Made by a program: the position numbers and the translations under genes. This document shows positions 41,032 to 54,344 of a stretch of DNA of 64,000 nt, piece by piece (positions within the stretch are counted from its first letter, which is position 1; every line of letters starts with the position of its first letter). The notes beneath the pieces were generated by a model that ran no database searches, was not told where the DNA came from, and was given only the letters and a program-made list of their open reading frames with translations. This stretch comes from Eledone cirrhosa (taxonomy: Eukaryota): the NCBI GenBank assembly GCA_964016885.1, contig OZ024745.1:114514001-114578000 (forward strand). Reading direction: 5' to 3'.

Positions 41032-42242
41032 AATTTTTTTAATGACTTAATCATCAGAGTAAGTGCAGTGGTCATAATCCTCTTTATGGCCTATCAAACT
41101 GGTTGGAGGAAGTGAGAAATCTATGCTGAAACCAAAGATTTAACCCAAATGCATGCAATAGGGTGAACTTTCTAAAGGAACCAAAGGACCTAGTGTGGGT
41201 GTTAAATTGGACAACCAATTAAGTCTTCCACACAGTCTCCACATACTATATTTCATTTACAAGGCCTAACTCTAAGATGTGATAAAAAAAAGTCTAAAGT
41301 CTGCCTCGAGCCTGGAGGTTCACCATGCTGATGCTTATCACAGTTTACGTGGCATGAAACGACTGAGTGTACAAGACTTACCCCTGGACTTACCCAACAC
41401 ACAGCCCAATCTAGGAATCGAACCCACAACATTAATAATATAATGAAATTATTGTGTACAGTGCTCAGGTGCACTACAACATAAGTCAAACATTATCATA
41501 AGTCAAACACCCTTACCACTAGGCCACATGCCTCCAATGTGGTAAAAGATGCTATAAAAATTCTGGTTCAATAATTGCAATATTATTTATGTGCTGTGAG
41601 TGAGAACATTCTCATTGGTTATGTAACCAGTACACAAAAAAAATTAAAATCATAACAATAAATGGCTAAATGTTGTTTACATCAATCTGTGTATCTCAAA
41701 CATTAATAAATGCACGAAAATTATGTTAAATATTTTCAAGTTTATATGCATGCAAGAAGTTACGAGAAAAAAATTACGCATAACATTTTCACAATCATAT
41801 CATCATCATTTAATGTTTGTTCCTCCATACTGGCATTGGTTTAACAGATCATTACTTAGCTTCCCAGACAAATTAGAGGAAACATTATTAAATTCACTTG
41901 TTTAAATTTGAGCATTTAAACCGTATAATATATGACCAGGACTGGGTTCTGTCAGTACATTGGTCCAGAAGAGGCCCATGAACACTTGACATTGCCTTCC
42001 AACTCCATACTCTGACACTCAAATGTAGTCTTGTTCCACCTTGCAAAATTTCTCTCAGAGGTCCTTAGCATGGTCTCTTTCATGCTGTCGATGTAAACAA
42101 AATAGATACCAGTTTTCTAGTTTCAGATTTTATCATAAATAAAGTTAACTCCTTTAAGTTTTAGTTCAACTTGCTAATAAGGATTGACACAGTCATAATT
42201 TTGAGTCTCAAACTACAAAATCAATTTTTAACTGATCCTCTT

Positions 42243-42456
42243 GTATGTTATGAATCCGTAACTCCTGAGGCAGTAGTAGGGGCACTGTATTGAGATACTG
42301 CAGTCTAGGGCAATTTTTGACACCAGTACTAGAAAGTTTTTTTTTTTTTTATCAACTTCGAAAGGATGAAAGGAAAAGTTGACCTCAGCAGAGAGCCGAA
42401 ATGAATACTGCAAAGCATTCTATCCAATGTTCTAACAACTCTGCCAATTCGCTGAC
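42243..42456 (-). mobile_element. Family-A-related SINE with 14-bp target-site duplication
   Basis: TAACTGATCCTCTT at 42229-42242 and 42457-42470. The tail is shared with 36540-36860. Confidence 0.75.
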
Positions 42457-43849
42457 TAACTGATCCTCTTAATCTTATCTAATCTGTGATCTTATTAAGC
42501 GCTAAGTACTAAACAGTTCAGAGATATTTCTTCATGGATGTCATACCAGTCCATTGCAAGTTTTCTTCATAAAGACATGAACTGAGCACAGCAATTGAAT
42601 AAATGTCTTACCAATTACTTAGTAACTCTGTTATTTATTAATTTGTGTGATTCAATGTTTTCAGTTTCTTACTAATCATGCTTATGGAAGTAAATCTAAT
42701 TCACATGCCACTGCCACAGGATGGAAAAGAACAAAGGAGACATGCTGGAACAGCCATTCTACCTTGCACAGCTAACACCTGCAGGCAGCCAACTTTGCTC
42801 TGGTAGCAGTGAGAAGGGATGTAGTCTGGGGGTCAAGAACAGCGGAAATCTCCACTGCCACAAGATTAGTTGCTTATTGGCAGTAATCTATAAAACTAAG
42901 TTACTAAGTCGACAACATTACATCAATAATTTGACAAATGGTTGAGAAAAATAATGCCTTTTTGGTTACTTTATATAAGTTAATTTATAATTCAAAATAG
43001 CTAAATTCAAGCGTGACATAGAGCTATCTTTCTCATAGATATTTGATCAGTTATCACTTATCTGTTGGCTTTGGTTTATTCTTTTACAACCTTCACAGAA
43101 ACTACTTCAAATCAAAGTATATGTTTATAAATATATCCTAATGATCTTGAAAATTATTTACTTCATTAAAATGTTTTTCTAATTAATTTTGCAATGAAAT
43201 GAAATAAAGAGATTATTGTTGGTTACTTTCAACGAGGCACAACATCAACTGTTGTAATAAAGGGGGTATATTTTATTAAATCCGTCCAGTAACGTTAGAA
43301 ATCAGAACATAAGAGGAACACAGATAACTTGATTATTAAACTCTATACAGATATATGATAAAATTAAAAAAAGTTTTGAGTATAAGGCGATGAAAGAAGG
43401 GGAGTTATCATTATTCCAAAGAATTTAAATTACGTCCCTTGGTTTGTCTTTATTACTCGGCAGGTTAATTATGACTGAAAAGATGCTGCTAGAAAAGTAA
43501 TTTCTTTATACGTTTTCACTTATATCTTAGTTCAGCAATATAGTCTCAACATATAAAAACGTTCTTCTATCACCTGTCATAAATTGAGAACATTTATTTC
43601 AACACACCTCAATGACTTGAATACCTCACGTAGTTTGCATACACGAATAACTTTTAAGAAAGAAACGGAAATATTTGGTTTAGTTCAGTTCTTTTTTTTT
43701 TATTTTTATGGAAAAGGAGGCTGTACTTATTCATGATTTTCTGAGACGAGTGAGATTGTTACAGTTGATGATTCGACGTTTGCAGCAAAATGTTGAGAGG
43801 AGGGGTTGCAAAAATACGATTGCAAATACAAGCGACCAAAATAAGGTTC

Positions 43850-44200
43850 CTCCGAAGTGTCTTTGGAGTAACGTTACTTGATAGTGCACATAGCTCAGAT
43901 ATCAGAGAGTAGCTCCAAGTAGAGCCTCCACTTCTCCGAATTGAGAGATCACAGCTTCAATACTGTGGACATTTGGTCAGAATGTCTAAGGAAAGACTTG
44001 CTGAACCGATTTTACAAATAAAACCAACTGGCAAGAGACTCAGAAGTAAACTCTAAGCAAGATGGTTGGATGACATCTATAAGCTGGGCTAGTCTCCCTT
44101 GTGGATCCAGCTGGATTAATTGGGGACAGTTGCCGCTGACCGAACCCACTGGAAGTCGTGTTTGGGGACTCTACCCCAACAACTCTCCCAAGAAGAAGAT
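43850..44200 (+). mobile_element. RTE (Expander/Rex3-like) LINE 3' fragment
   Basis: GVTLLDSAHSSDIRE*LQVEPPLLRIERSQLQYCGHLVRMSKERL...RWLDDI. Homologous copy at 55110-55370. Confidence 0.75.
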
Positions 44201-44900
44201 GTTTTGCAGTGAGAGGAGGCGGGTGAAGTTGTTAATGCAAGACCTGGAGATGGGACAGTTTAGATGACATGAAGAAGAGAGGTAGATGTGTAGAATGGGA
44301 TTGGATATAAATAGATCATATGTCATATTCAAGGTTCATATTTGACATGGTTTGGAAATGGGAGACACTATAACATCTTTCCAAATAGGATAGATGATTG
44401 AAGATTTTCACAATGATTAAAGCTTGTTGGAGTACATTGTTTGAGGTTAATGAGAGAGATATTTTCAGGTTCAGTAGCTTTATTGGTTAGAAATGATCAA
44501 CACTGTTTTTGAACTTGATCTGTATGTATAAAATGGAAGAAAGAAGTTTGGGTATTGTATGGATGGGTGAAAGTCCTTCACTTAGTAAAAGAGGGTAAAC
44601 TGTCCAAGTGTTGTAGGCAGTATTCTTCACCTGTATTCTGCAGTTTAGATGTGTGTGGGCTGCTTGAAGTTATGAGCTTTAGTTGTATGAGAGATGTGAA
44701 GAGATATATCCATGAGGATTGTTTCAATGTGGAGGCACGTGGCACAGTGGTAAGGGTGTTGGACTTAGGATCATGTCATGGGTTTGATTCCTGGAATGGG
44801 TTTGTGTTGTGTTCTTGAATATAACATTTCATTTCATATTGCTCCAGTATACTCAGCTAAAAATGAGTACCAGCAATAGCTGGAGATTTAACTCTGTGAT

Positions 44901-45480
44901 GGACTGGGTGCTTTTTGTTGTGTCTCCACCATGACCATCTTACAGGATGGACTGGAGGCTTTTTGTCATGTCACCAGCACAACCACTTTACAGGGGGGAC
45001 TGGGTGCCTTTTGTCATGTCACCAGCATAACCACCATACAGAGTGAACTGGGTGCTTTTTGTTGTGTCCCTAAAACGACCAACTGATAGGTTGGACTTTA
45101 TATTTGTTCCTTGTGTCACCAGCTCAACCACCTTACGGTTGGACTGGCTGCTCTTTTTGTCAAGTCACCAACATGACCACTTGACAGAGTGGACTGGGTG
45201 CATTTTCATTGTGTCACCAGCATGACCACTTTACAAGGTGGACTGGGTGCTTTTTGTCATGTCACCAACACTACTATCTTATAGAGTGGACTGAGTACTT
45301 TTTGTAGTGTCACCAACACAACTACTTTATAGGGTAGACTGGGTGCTTTTTGTCATGTCACCAAAACAATCAACTGACAGGTTGGAGTGAGTACTTTTTC
45401 ATTACGTCACCAGGATGACCATCTTTCAGGGTAGACCAAGTGCTTTTTGTCGAGTCGCCAACACAACTACCTTAAAGGGT
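44901..45480. repeat. Minisatellite, about 48-bp unit x12, attached to a family-B SINE head (44731-44900)
   Basis: GGACTGGGTGCTTTTTGTCATGTCACCAGCACAACCACTTTACAGGGT units start at 44901, 44949, 44997, 45045 and onward. Confidence 0.9.
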
Positions 45481-46643
45481 GTCTTTTCAAATTGTAATAA
45501 AACCTATTGATATTTAGGCAAATCTCATGGAAGCTGAACTTAAATATATTAAGGTGATGAAAATTAATAGATCACTTAACTAGAAGGAGATGAGAGTTCA
45601 CAGTGATGTTTATTTATTTAATCAATTTAAATGTCCGAATAGAGCTAGTAAGCCATGACAGACTAGGGGAAGTATCTAGTACTTCTTACAGAAACAAAAA
45701 AAACAAGATATACAAAGATAAGTGAATATAAATATAAAAATAAAGTTTAAAAAACTAAAATAAATTTAAATAGGGAAGGCTAATGGGAGGCAAAATAAGC
45801 ATAGAAAAAAGAAGAAGAAAAAAAATGAAACATACATGTTACAGGGAGAAAAATATACAAATTTCAATTTGATATTACCAATATTCGTAAAATAATGCTT
45901 ACCTTTTGTTTAGAAATATTACACGGTTTAGTGATTATTGCAATATTATGAATATTCAAAGACAAAAATAATTATTAATTAGTTTTTGATGGAAAAAACT
46001 AAAAGAAAACCATGCAAATTCAATTACTGAAGAGCTTCCATATATGATGCCTTTTCCAACATTGAAGTTAACAAAAACGAGGATGACAGTTGAAAATATA
46101 TATATATGTGAGTCTTGGGCTCAATCGGGTGTAACCACAATAAGTATGGTACACAAAACATAGTAGAGTGTATACAAGATTTAATATAGAAATGGCTTCT
46201 ACAGGACTAGAACTGCTTCATTCAAAGGAAATTATCAGGAAACTAGATGTTAAATGGTGATGATGATAATGATGATGACACACACACAAATACATGCTTA
46301 AAGCACGTGCTCAAGTATAGCTCTTTTTACAAAACGTTTTTTTTCCATTTCAGGTAGACGCACTCCATCATCCACTTTTCTAAAAGACAAATCATACACA
46401 AAACGCCAGCACCAACAGTTTTGCAAGAGATCTCAACATGAATGGACCTGTTATTTTTATCTAAAGACATTTTTTCCAATTCCATCCCGCCCATCCCCAC
46501 AATCAATTTATTTCTCATTCTTTCTTCTGATGAAAGACTAGTGTCCAAAACATTAAGACCCTCTTCCTGCTATTTCAAGCATTATACTAATATATTCCTT
46601 CCATATACTGTACCAATTGTGTTGTTATTTCTGTTTACCTTTT

Positions 46644-46722
<79 letters not shown>

Positions 46723-46775
46723 AGTTAAATGATGATGTGTATGCACACACACACTTATATATATATATATATATA

Positions 46776-46874
46776 CAGGGTGTCCCAAAAATGTATACAC
46801 ACTGCAACAGCATTCTAATAAATATTGATTGTACAGGTAATCAAAATGTGCATACATTTTAGGGGGACATCCTG
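46776..46874. mobile_element. Tc1/mariner-type MITE (99 bp)
   Basis: TA-CAGGGTGTCCCAAAAATGTATACAC ... GTGCATACATTTTAGGGGGACATCCTG-TA, inserted in (TA)n. Confidence 0.8.
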
Positions 46875-47169
46875 TATATATATATATATATAATACTAGT
46901 AATGGCTACCTTTATAAGAAAGAGAACTCAATACATAAGTAGAGAATGTATTTTATTGAAAGAATTGAAGGTATGCATGTGTGTGTGTGTGAGAGAGAGA
47001 GAGATAGAGAGAGAGAGATTGCTTGTGAGTGCTATTGGTAACATGTAATCCAGTACAAGTACAACCTGTTATATGGTCAACAGCAACCAACCCAGAATAC
47101 TTTCCAACGTTTGGAGCTGGTTTTGCTATTAAATTACACATTAAGCATAACCTATTTAATAAAAGATAT

Positions 47170-49400
47170 CAATATCCTTTTAGCTCTGTCTTGGTAGCAA
47201 AAACAAACATGTCACACTAGTCAGCACATATACATCAACCACGATTAACTTTGAAGAGAAGAAGGGTAAATTCTACAAAGGATTAAACCCACTTATTGCA
47301 AACATCCCCATAGACAACATAATAGTTACATTGGGAGATGCAAGATTGGTTACAGACCTTTAAACTTTGAAAGGTGTGCTATGTAGAAATAATATAGAGA
47401 AATGTAATAGTAATGGTCACCTCCCATTCCCCAAAGTCTGCACTGCACATGATGTTTAATTACAAAATATGATATTCTGTTGTCAGATCAGGCTTCTGCC
47501 TGTTACTGGTACCATGTAACCCAGTAAAAACTGCTTCATGGTCGAGGTTGTTGAACTCCTCAGAGTCAGCGACCATTCACCCTAACTATAGCCTCACCAA
47601 GACACAATTGGCCAAACATGGTGAGTACGTTTACACTCCTGACATGACCAAAACCAAACAGAAAGCAGTGATGGTCAACCAGGGAAGAGTTCCTTCAACG
47701 GAGATGAGAAGGCCCTGGATTGGATTGGACCTATATTCTGCCTTTTAGACCACAAGACAATATGAATGCATCCCAGACCCAAATACTGGCACATGTTTGA
47801 CTTTGTCATCATACAGTGAACTGACTGGGCACTAAGGCCATACATGGAGCAGAATGTTGGACTGATCATAGATTAGTGATATCCAAACTTAGCATGATTG
47901 CCAGACTAAACAAAGACCACAAAGTTAAAATCTTCCCCACTTTATCTTGTTGACTTTTAAAACTGCATCGTTATCTAGTTAACTTTAAAAAATAAATACC
48001 CAAATTTTCTTGGTATCACAATTATTTAGATTAGGGTGTATAAGTGTAAGGTAAGAACCAAATAGTGAGAATCTTTTTGACGACCAGATACTGAAATACT
48101 TTGAAATATAAACTTCATCTGTTTACTTTGTCATGTCTTACTTAACAGAAAAAGGGCAGTAGCTGAAGTGCATATAAGTAGACATTTAGGATTTAGCATT
48201 TCCTGAAATGGGGCTACTGACCTCCCAGACAGGTCAGGGTGTTTGCATCTCACTTACGTACAGCCCCACATTCTAGGGAGAGTACCAGCCCAAGAGAGGT
48301 TGTGATATCTTGACACAGCTGATATATATATATATGAGGGCACATGGCTTAGTGGTTAGAGCATTGGACTTGCAATCGAAAGGTTGTGAGTTCAATTCTC
48401 AGACCAGGTGATGTGTTGTTTCCTTGAGCAAGAGACTTTATTTCACATTGCTCCAGTTTACTCAGCTGTAGAAATGAGATGATAGGACTGGGGTCCCTAT
48501 CATTCCACTGCAAAGTGGTCGTGGACGTGCCACGGCAAAAAAGCACCCAGCCTACACTGTAAAGTGGACATGTAGGCGCCACGGAAAAAAAGCACCCAGC
48601 ACTCACTGTAAATGAGGTTGGTGTTAGGAAGGGCATCTAGCTGTAGAAATCAAGCCAGAATCAGTTCCCGTATGAGCAAGACAAGCTCAGCCGACTGGAC
48701 ACCTCCCACAATAGGACAACCCGTCTACCCCATGCTAGCGTGGAAGAACAGACGTAAAACGATGATGATGATGATGATGATGATATATATATATCATGAT
48801 GATCATCAGGGACACTGCTGAAATCCTTGTAAATAACCTCCACACTAGATTATCCATCTGCAGTTTGACAAAAGAAGTACTGAGGAAGATTGGACAAGCC
48901 TGATAGGTCAGTTGTTTAGTACAGCATTTAAACAGCTAGATCTAATCACCAGGAAACACCAGAACTGATGACAGGATACAAGAACTTCTCAAGAAGAAAC
49001 ACAAACTCTTTGTTACCTATCAGAGTGGTCAAACTAATGTATCAAAGAAAATGGTATTGATGGAGAAATGCCAGAATATACAGAAGCAATTTTTCCTGCC
49101 AGAAAACTAGTTTTGCAAGAAAGATAAAGAGATCCAGCATTATATTGATAAACATGTCCTGAAGAGGTTCTATGATTAATTGAAAGTTGTGTATAGTCCT
49201 CAATTCTCAGGAACTGCAGCTCTACTAAATGCTGATAGATCAATACTTCTTTCATATATAGAATACATTTTAGAGAGATGAACAGAATAGTTCAACACAG
49301 TTCTCCACTGGCTAGCAATATAAAGCCACATCTCCTGACAGCCGCAGGCTGAAACAAATTTTACACTAAACAATCATCTTATAGAGCTAGAAAATAAATT
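47170..49400 (+). mobile_element. Highly decayed RTE/BovB-like LINE (APE domain and linker), interrupted by younger insertions
   Basis: Remnants KGKFYKGL..IVTLGD, KCNSNG, MHPRPKYWHMFDFVI, GAECWTDHRLVISKL and RKHQ. Confidence 0.7.
48336..48784 (+). mobile_element. Family-B CORE-like SINE, full length with RTE-type (GAT)n tail
   Basis: Near identical to 32084-32416 over the 5' part, with an internal duplication of CCACGG..AAAAAAGCACCCAGC. The tail CATGCTAGCGTGGAA..(GAT)n matches the local RTE 3' ends. Confidence 0.88.
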
Positions 49401-50505
49401 CCGATTATAGAAATTGCATTTTGAATCAAAAGGTCTGAGAGTAAACTAAGCCAAAACTAAAGTGCTAGTGAGTAGGAGAGAAGGTAGGACCCAGATTCCT
49501 TCAGGGAAGTGGTCATACTCAGTATGAAGAAAAGGGGTAGGCATAAACTCCATACAATGTACACAATGTAAATCTTGGGTACACAAAAGATGTAGTGGGA
49601 TAATGAGTAGACTAACAGAAAGGGAGAACTTTGTATGTAGAAGATTTACAGGAGAAAATGAGAAGAAGAGTATTAATAACATAAACCTTTTCCAGTTACA
49701 AGAAGGATCCATAGATGGGGTTGATAGCTTCTGCTATCTAGGTGACCTAATTAACAGTGCAAGAGGGTGCACCAAGAGTATAATAGTTAGAATAAGGATA
49801 GGATGGAAGAAATTTAGAGTAGTGGTCGCCAACTAGTGGTCTGTGAGAAAATTTTGGTGGTCCACAGAAAAATTTTAATGTATTTATCTTTTTAAAAAAT
49901 ATTCATATTAGTGGTCCACAGGATTTGAAATTATGAATTTAGTGGTCCATGAGGTCTGAAAAGTTGGCGACTGCTGGTTGAGAGAACTACTTCCACTGCT
50001 AACAAAAAAAGGTGTCTCCCTACATTCAAAAGGAAGGCTGTATGATGCCTATGTGCAGTGCACAATGCTGCATGGCAATGAAACATGAGCTGTGACTTCA
50101 GAGTACATGCATAGACTGAAGAGAAATATAGCAACTATGTTTTGTTGCATGTGCAATGTAAATGTGAGAGAAAGGCAAAGTTTGGATGAGCTGAGGGAGA
50201 AGTTGGGTTTAAGGGGAATCTGAGATGATGTAGAGGAGAGCAGACTGCGTTGATATGGACATGTGATCCGTATGGACAATGACCAATGGATGAAGAAATG
50301 CCAGGAAATCCCAGTGGAAAAAAGCTGCAGTAGAGGACGACCAAGAAAGACCTGAGCAGAGGTGGTGAGAGCTGACCTCAAATCACTAAAACTGGCAGAA
50401 GAGATAACAAAGGAATGCGACAAGTGGAGAGATGCCATGCTGAGAAGGACCATCCAACCCATGCAAGCATGGAAAAGTGGACATAAAAATGATGATAATG
50501 ATAAA
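49400..50505 (+). mobile_element. RTE-clade LINE 3' half (decayed)
   Basis: VDSFCYLGD, RIRIGWKKFRELLPLL, MLHGNET*AV, R*YGHVIRM, RGRPRKT*AEVV and a (GAT)n tail. Confidence 0.85.
49820..49976. mobile_element. hAT/Charlie-like MITE nested in the RTE LINE
   Basis: TIRs TAGTGGTCGCCAACT / AGTTGGCGACTGCTG and a degenerate 8-bp TSD ATTTAGAG/GTTGAGAG. It splits the LINE motif WKKFR|ELLPLL. Confidence 0.75.
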
Positions 50506-51151
50506 CTACACAGCTTATGAAACAAACCAATAGTATAAAACATGCAAAGAAAGTTAAAACATGCCTTCTGACATAATTTTAAAGTTTTCTCTTTTTTCTA
50601 TATTAATTTTTTAGAACTACATTGTAGCTTTTAAAACTACCTAAAAACTAAAATTAAAATATACACCACCATTTTCAATTAATTTAAGGAAACACATGCA
50701 TAGTAGGAAAACAATCAAAATAGATATTTTCTACAACCTCAATACTAGGTATGTACACAATGTTAAGCATTCCATTACAGAAAACTACTAATGTCAGATA
50801 AGATTAAAAAGATTATGTTATAGCATAATTTAAAATGTTATGAAATACCCTTCAATAATTTATGTTGACTAATTGCAATGTTCTAATCAGAAAAAACAAC
50901 AACTACCAGATAAGCATCAACATTATGTGTATATGTGTGTATGTATGTATCATCATCATTACTGTTTAACGTCCATTTTTCCACGCCATCATGGGTTAGA
51001 TGAATGTATGTATATATGTATGTGTGTGCTCTTGGATAAACAGGCTTATGGAGGCTTGAGAAAATAAAGATCTGACATCTGAAAGATTTTGACCAAATTA
51101 GGTTTCATTCACTTTCTATGAAATCAAAACCCCTTATGATCTCTGAGTCAT

Positions 51152-51201
<50 letters not shown>

Positions 51202-51799
51202 GTCTATGTTTCCCTGCTAGCAAGGGTTGAATGGGTCACTATATATAAGTCAGTATTTAATCAGTGCTACTAACCTCTGAGATGGGCCAGGGGCTTACAT
51301 CTTGCTTGCACATATTCCTGCACTCTATCTTGGAACCAGAACCAGAGAGGTTGCCAAGCCAGTACTTAATTAGTGCTATTAACCACTCAGATGAGCTGGG
51401 CACTTACATGCTGCTTGCATACATTTCTGCGCTCTACAGAGTGCACCAGGTGTATCTTATCATGGCACCAATACCGGTGGTGTTGTCATGTCTTTGACAC
51501 AACTGAAGAGTCTTTCCAGCCCTTTGTTTTGCATGTTTTCTATAGCTTGATGTCCTTCCTATCACCAACCACTTTACAGAGTGTACTTGATATGTTTATT
51601 ATGTAGATTATCGACACTAGGACGATTGTCATGAAACACATATCAACAGATGAGAAAACAAAACAAATCAGCAAGATTTGAAAACAGCATTTAAAAATCA
51701 GAATTAAATCCCCAGAAATAATTCTCTCAATTCATGTGGTAAATGTGACAGGATTCATCAACATAACTGATGTCTTAAATTCGAATTCAGGAAAACATG

Positions 51800-53760
51800 C
51801 ACAAAATGTTATAAGCAAAATCCTTTTATCAATATGTACTGCTGTAAACAACCACAAGGTGTGTCAGATATAATCACTCAGGAATAGAATGATTGATCAT
51901 ATCAATATTTATTTTCAGATGATATCACAATGGAAACCTATTCAGAATATCTGTACAGACAGATCATTGATTTCAAGTGTGATACTGCAGTACAGCCAAA
52001 TATTATTCCTAATATGCTCATTTTATGTTAGTCTGTTGCAATCAATTAACATCATATGGATGAGCTACAGACAACATATCATCCAACCAGAAGATCAGGT
52101 TAAACTTAAATGCTCAGTCAACAACAACATTGTCAGTCTGAATGAATGTTGATCCTGGTAAAGGTAGATGTGTGAAATTAGTTCTTACTGAAATGACTCG
52201 AGGTAAACTAGAGGATTATTCTGATCTGTATGAAAACCGTGAGAAGTTACTTAGTCAATACTTGATCAAGTTAAAATCAGATGCTATGTCAGTAGTACAT
52301 CCTCAATGAGAAATTTCACACACTATACTTCATAAATGGATTAGAAGAAGGACACTGATATCAAAATTGGGTAAGATGGAACTCCTTAGTCAGCTTTTAA
52401 CCCTTTAATGTTCAAACCGGCCAGAATTCTCTACCTTTTTCTGTTGAAACTGGCTATAACTGGTCACTCAAACTGATGTTAAGGTATTGTTTTCAAAATG
52501 AATACTTTCAAAATCTCATAGATTCGATATTATGTGAGATAATTATGCGAGGTAAAGCCTTTACCATGAAAATATAATAGTATATATAGAGAATGCTAAA
52601 GGGTTAAGTGGCCAATAGCTTCATCATTGTGAAGGTGGATTAGCTGTGGCTCAGTAACCAGCTTCTGAGTAATAGTCAGATAAGGATTATGGACATACAG
52701 CATCATATGAGGAATGGAGGTGACCAGACCATTCTTCATAAAGTGAAAGCAGAACTTAATCACATAGAGTAATTTAATGTTATTATCAAACAATGCAAGC
52801 CACAAGAATTTTCATAAACTTAACTAACCTCAGTAAAGTTATGTTTAAACATCACCAGATAGTTACGAATGAGAAAGTAGTTGTACCTATAGGCAATGCT
52901 ACTAAGTTCACCAAATTAGTTACTTGGCACAGTTATTAACATATAGAGCTGGAGGAGAAGAGTTGAAAACAGTGCCAATGAGCTGTATGTTTGACAAGTA
53001 TTGTTCCATTTACTATTTAGTTTATGTAGCTCAAAAGATATCAAACAATAAACTGTAGAGAAGATATTTGATGAGGTGAAAATCATCATTGACAACACCT
53101 TAGTCTGAGTTAGTTCCAACAAAGAGTATTATAAGTCAGTGAAACAAGTTCTTAATCATATTGCTCAAACAGGTATTGGCAAAGATGAAACCCATTACAT
53201 TGGTCATACACTCACCACTGTGGTAAACCAAATTCAGTACATGTGTATACAGTAGTAGTTAATATGCCACAACTTACACACAAACCTGATGTACTTAGAT
53301 TTTGAAGAATAATCATGTATGTTTGCAAAATTCATTCGCAATTTATTTAATATTTCAGTGCCATTATGCAAGCTTAATACAGATGATATTGAATTCTTAT
53401 GGCATGATACATACAGCAATATGTTGAAAGAACTGATACCAAACACTTCAGTTAACCAATAACACTCTCAGCAAACAGCTCAAAAGATGGTATTGGAGCA
53501 TGTATACTGCAAGATCCAATGACATATGCATCATATGCATTAACTGCAACCCAGAAAAATAATTACGCTTAACTAAAGAAAGAATTATTAACCATTGTCA
53601 CTGCGTGTAGACGTTTCTATTACTATATATACAAAAAGACAGTGTTAGTTAAAACTGATTAGAAAACGTTAGTATCAAATTTCCAGAAGAATCTTTGTCT
53701 ACTCACCATGTGAGTACAGAAAATTATCAAGTACCGGCAAAGATATGACCTTCCGACAAA
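51800..53760 (+). mobile_element. Heavily decayed Gypsy/Ty3 LTR-retrotransposon pol (RT-RNase H)
   Basis: Remnants KVKAELNHIE, ATKFTKL, VEKIFDEVKIIIDNTLV (YxDD region), YIGHTLT, ALTATQKNNYA, KELLTIVTACRRFYYYIY and VKTD, with many stops. Confidence 0.7.
52401..52603. mobile_element. piggyBac-type MITE with TTAA target duplication
   Basis: TTAA-CCCTTTAATGTTC ... GAATGCTAAAGGG-TTAA, nested in the Gypsy remnant. Confidence 0.8.
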
Positions 53761-54275
53761 TCTGGAAAAGATTTACTCAATTTTAAAGATTGCGGTTACT
53801 CAACATACTTTCTGAATCTAGCCTTTAATGAATGAGCTTACTCAATCTGCTAAAAATAACATCTCAAATCTCAAATCACACTCCGTTGTCTTTAAAATAG
53901 GACACATTTGGATAGTGTAGTTCAAGATACAATGTGCCTGAAAAAAGATGTGATAGTCATGGTTAGGCTACCTTTGTTTGTATGACTATTTGATCAGGGT
54001 CATTAGGAGTAAATAATAACTTCATAAAGTGCATTTTATAATCTATATTTGTCCAATAAAATTTGAACAAAATTTCTTTAATCTCTTTTTAGAACTATGA
54101 ATATCATTTGAATGAAAATAAAACGAAATAAAAGAAATTTCCTTTTGAAGTCATGCATAATAATAGAATGTTGGTGCATAACAAAAACTATGTTTAAAAG
54201 TAAAGTGTTCACGATAAAATGCAAGAAAAATCAACACCTGAAACTATGTGCAAGACATGTAGAAGCAATTCTTAC

Positions 54276-54344
54276 CTGTGTCGAAGTTTACTGAAGGAAA
54301 CAGCGACATGATCCCATCGTCCAGGTTGATTTCTTCCTCACAAA
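54276..54344 (-). CDS. Candidate distal 69-nt coding exon (CEEEINLDDGIMSLFPSVNFDT), probably an alternative EGR N-terminal exon
   Basis: Minus strand has a GCTAAC branch motif (54376-54371), a CCTTGTATTTTGTTAG acceptor and a CAG|GTAAG donor. The only stop-free frame is phase 1-1, matching the phase-1 acceptors of the EGR gene. Confidence 0.6.

Noticed and set aside
44901-45480. CRISPR-like array
   Set aside because: Whole units are homologous with no unique spacers, the context is eukaryotic, there are no cas genes, and the unit is SINE-derived.
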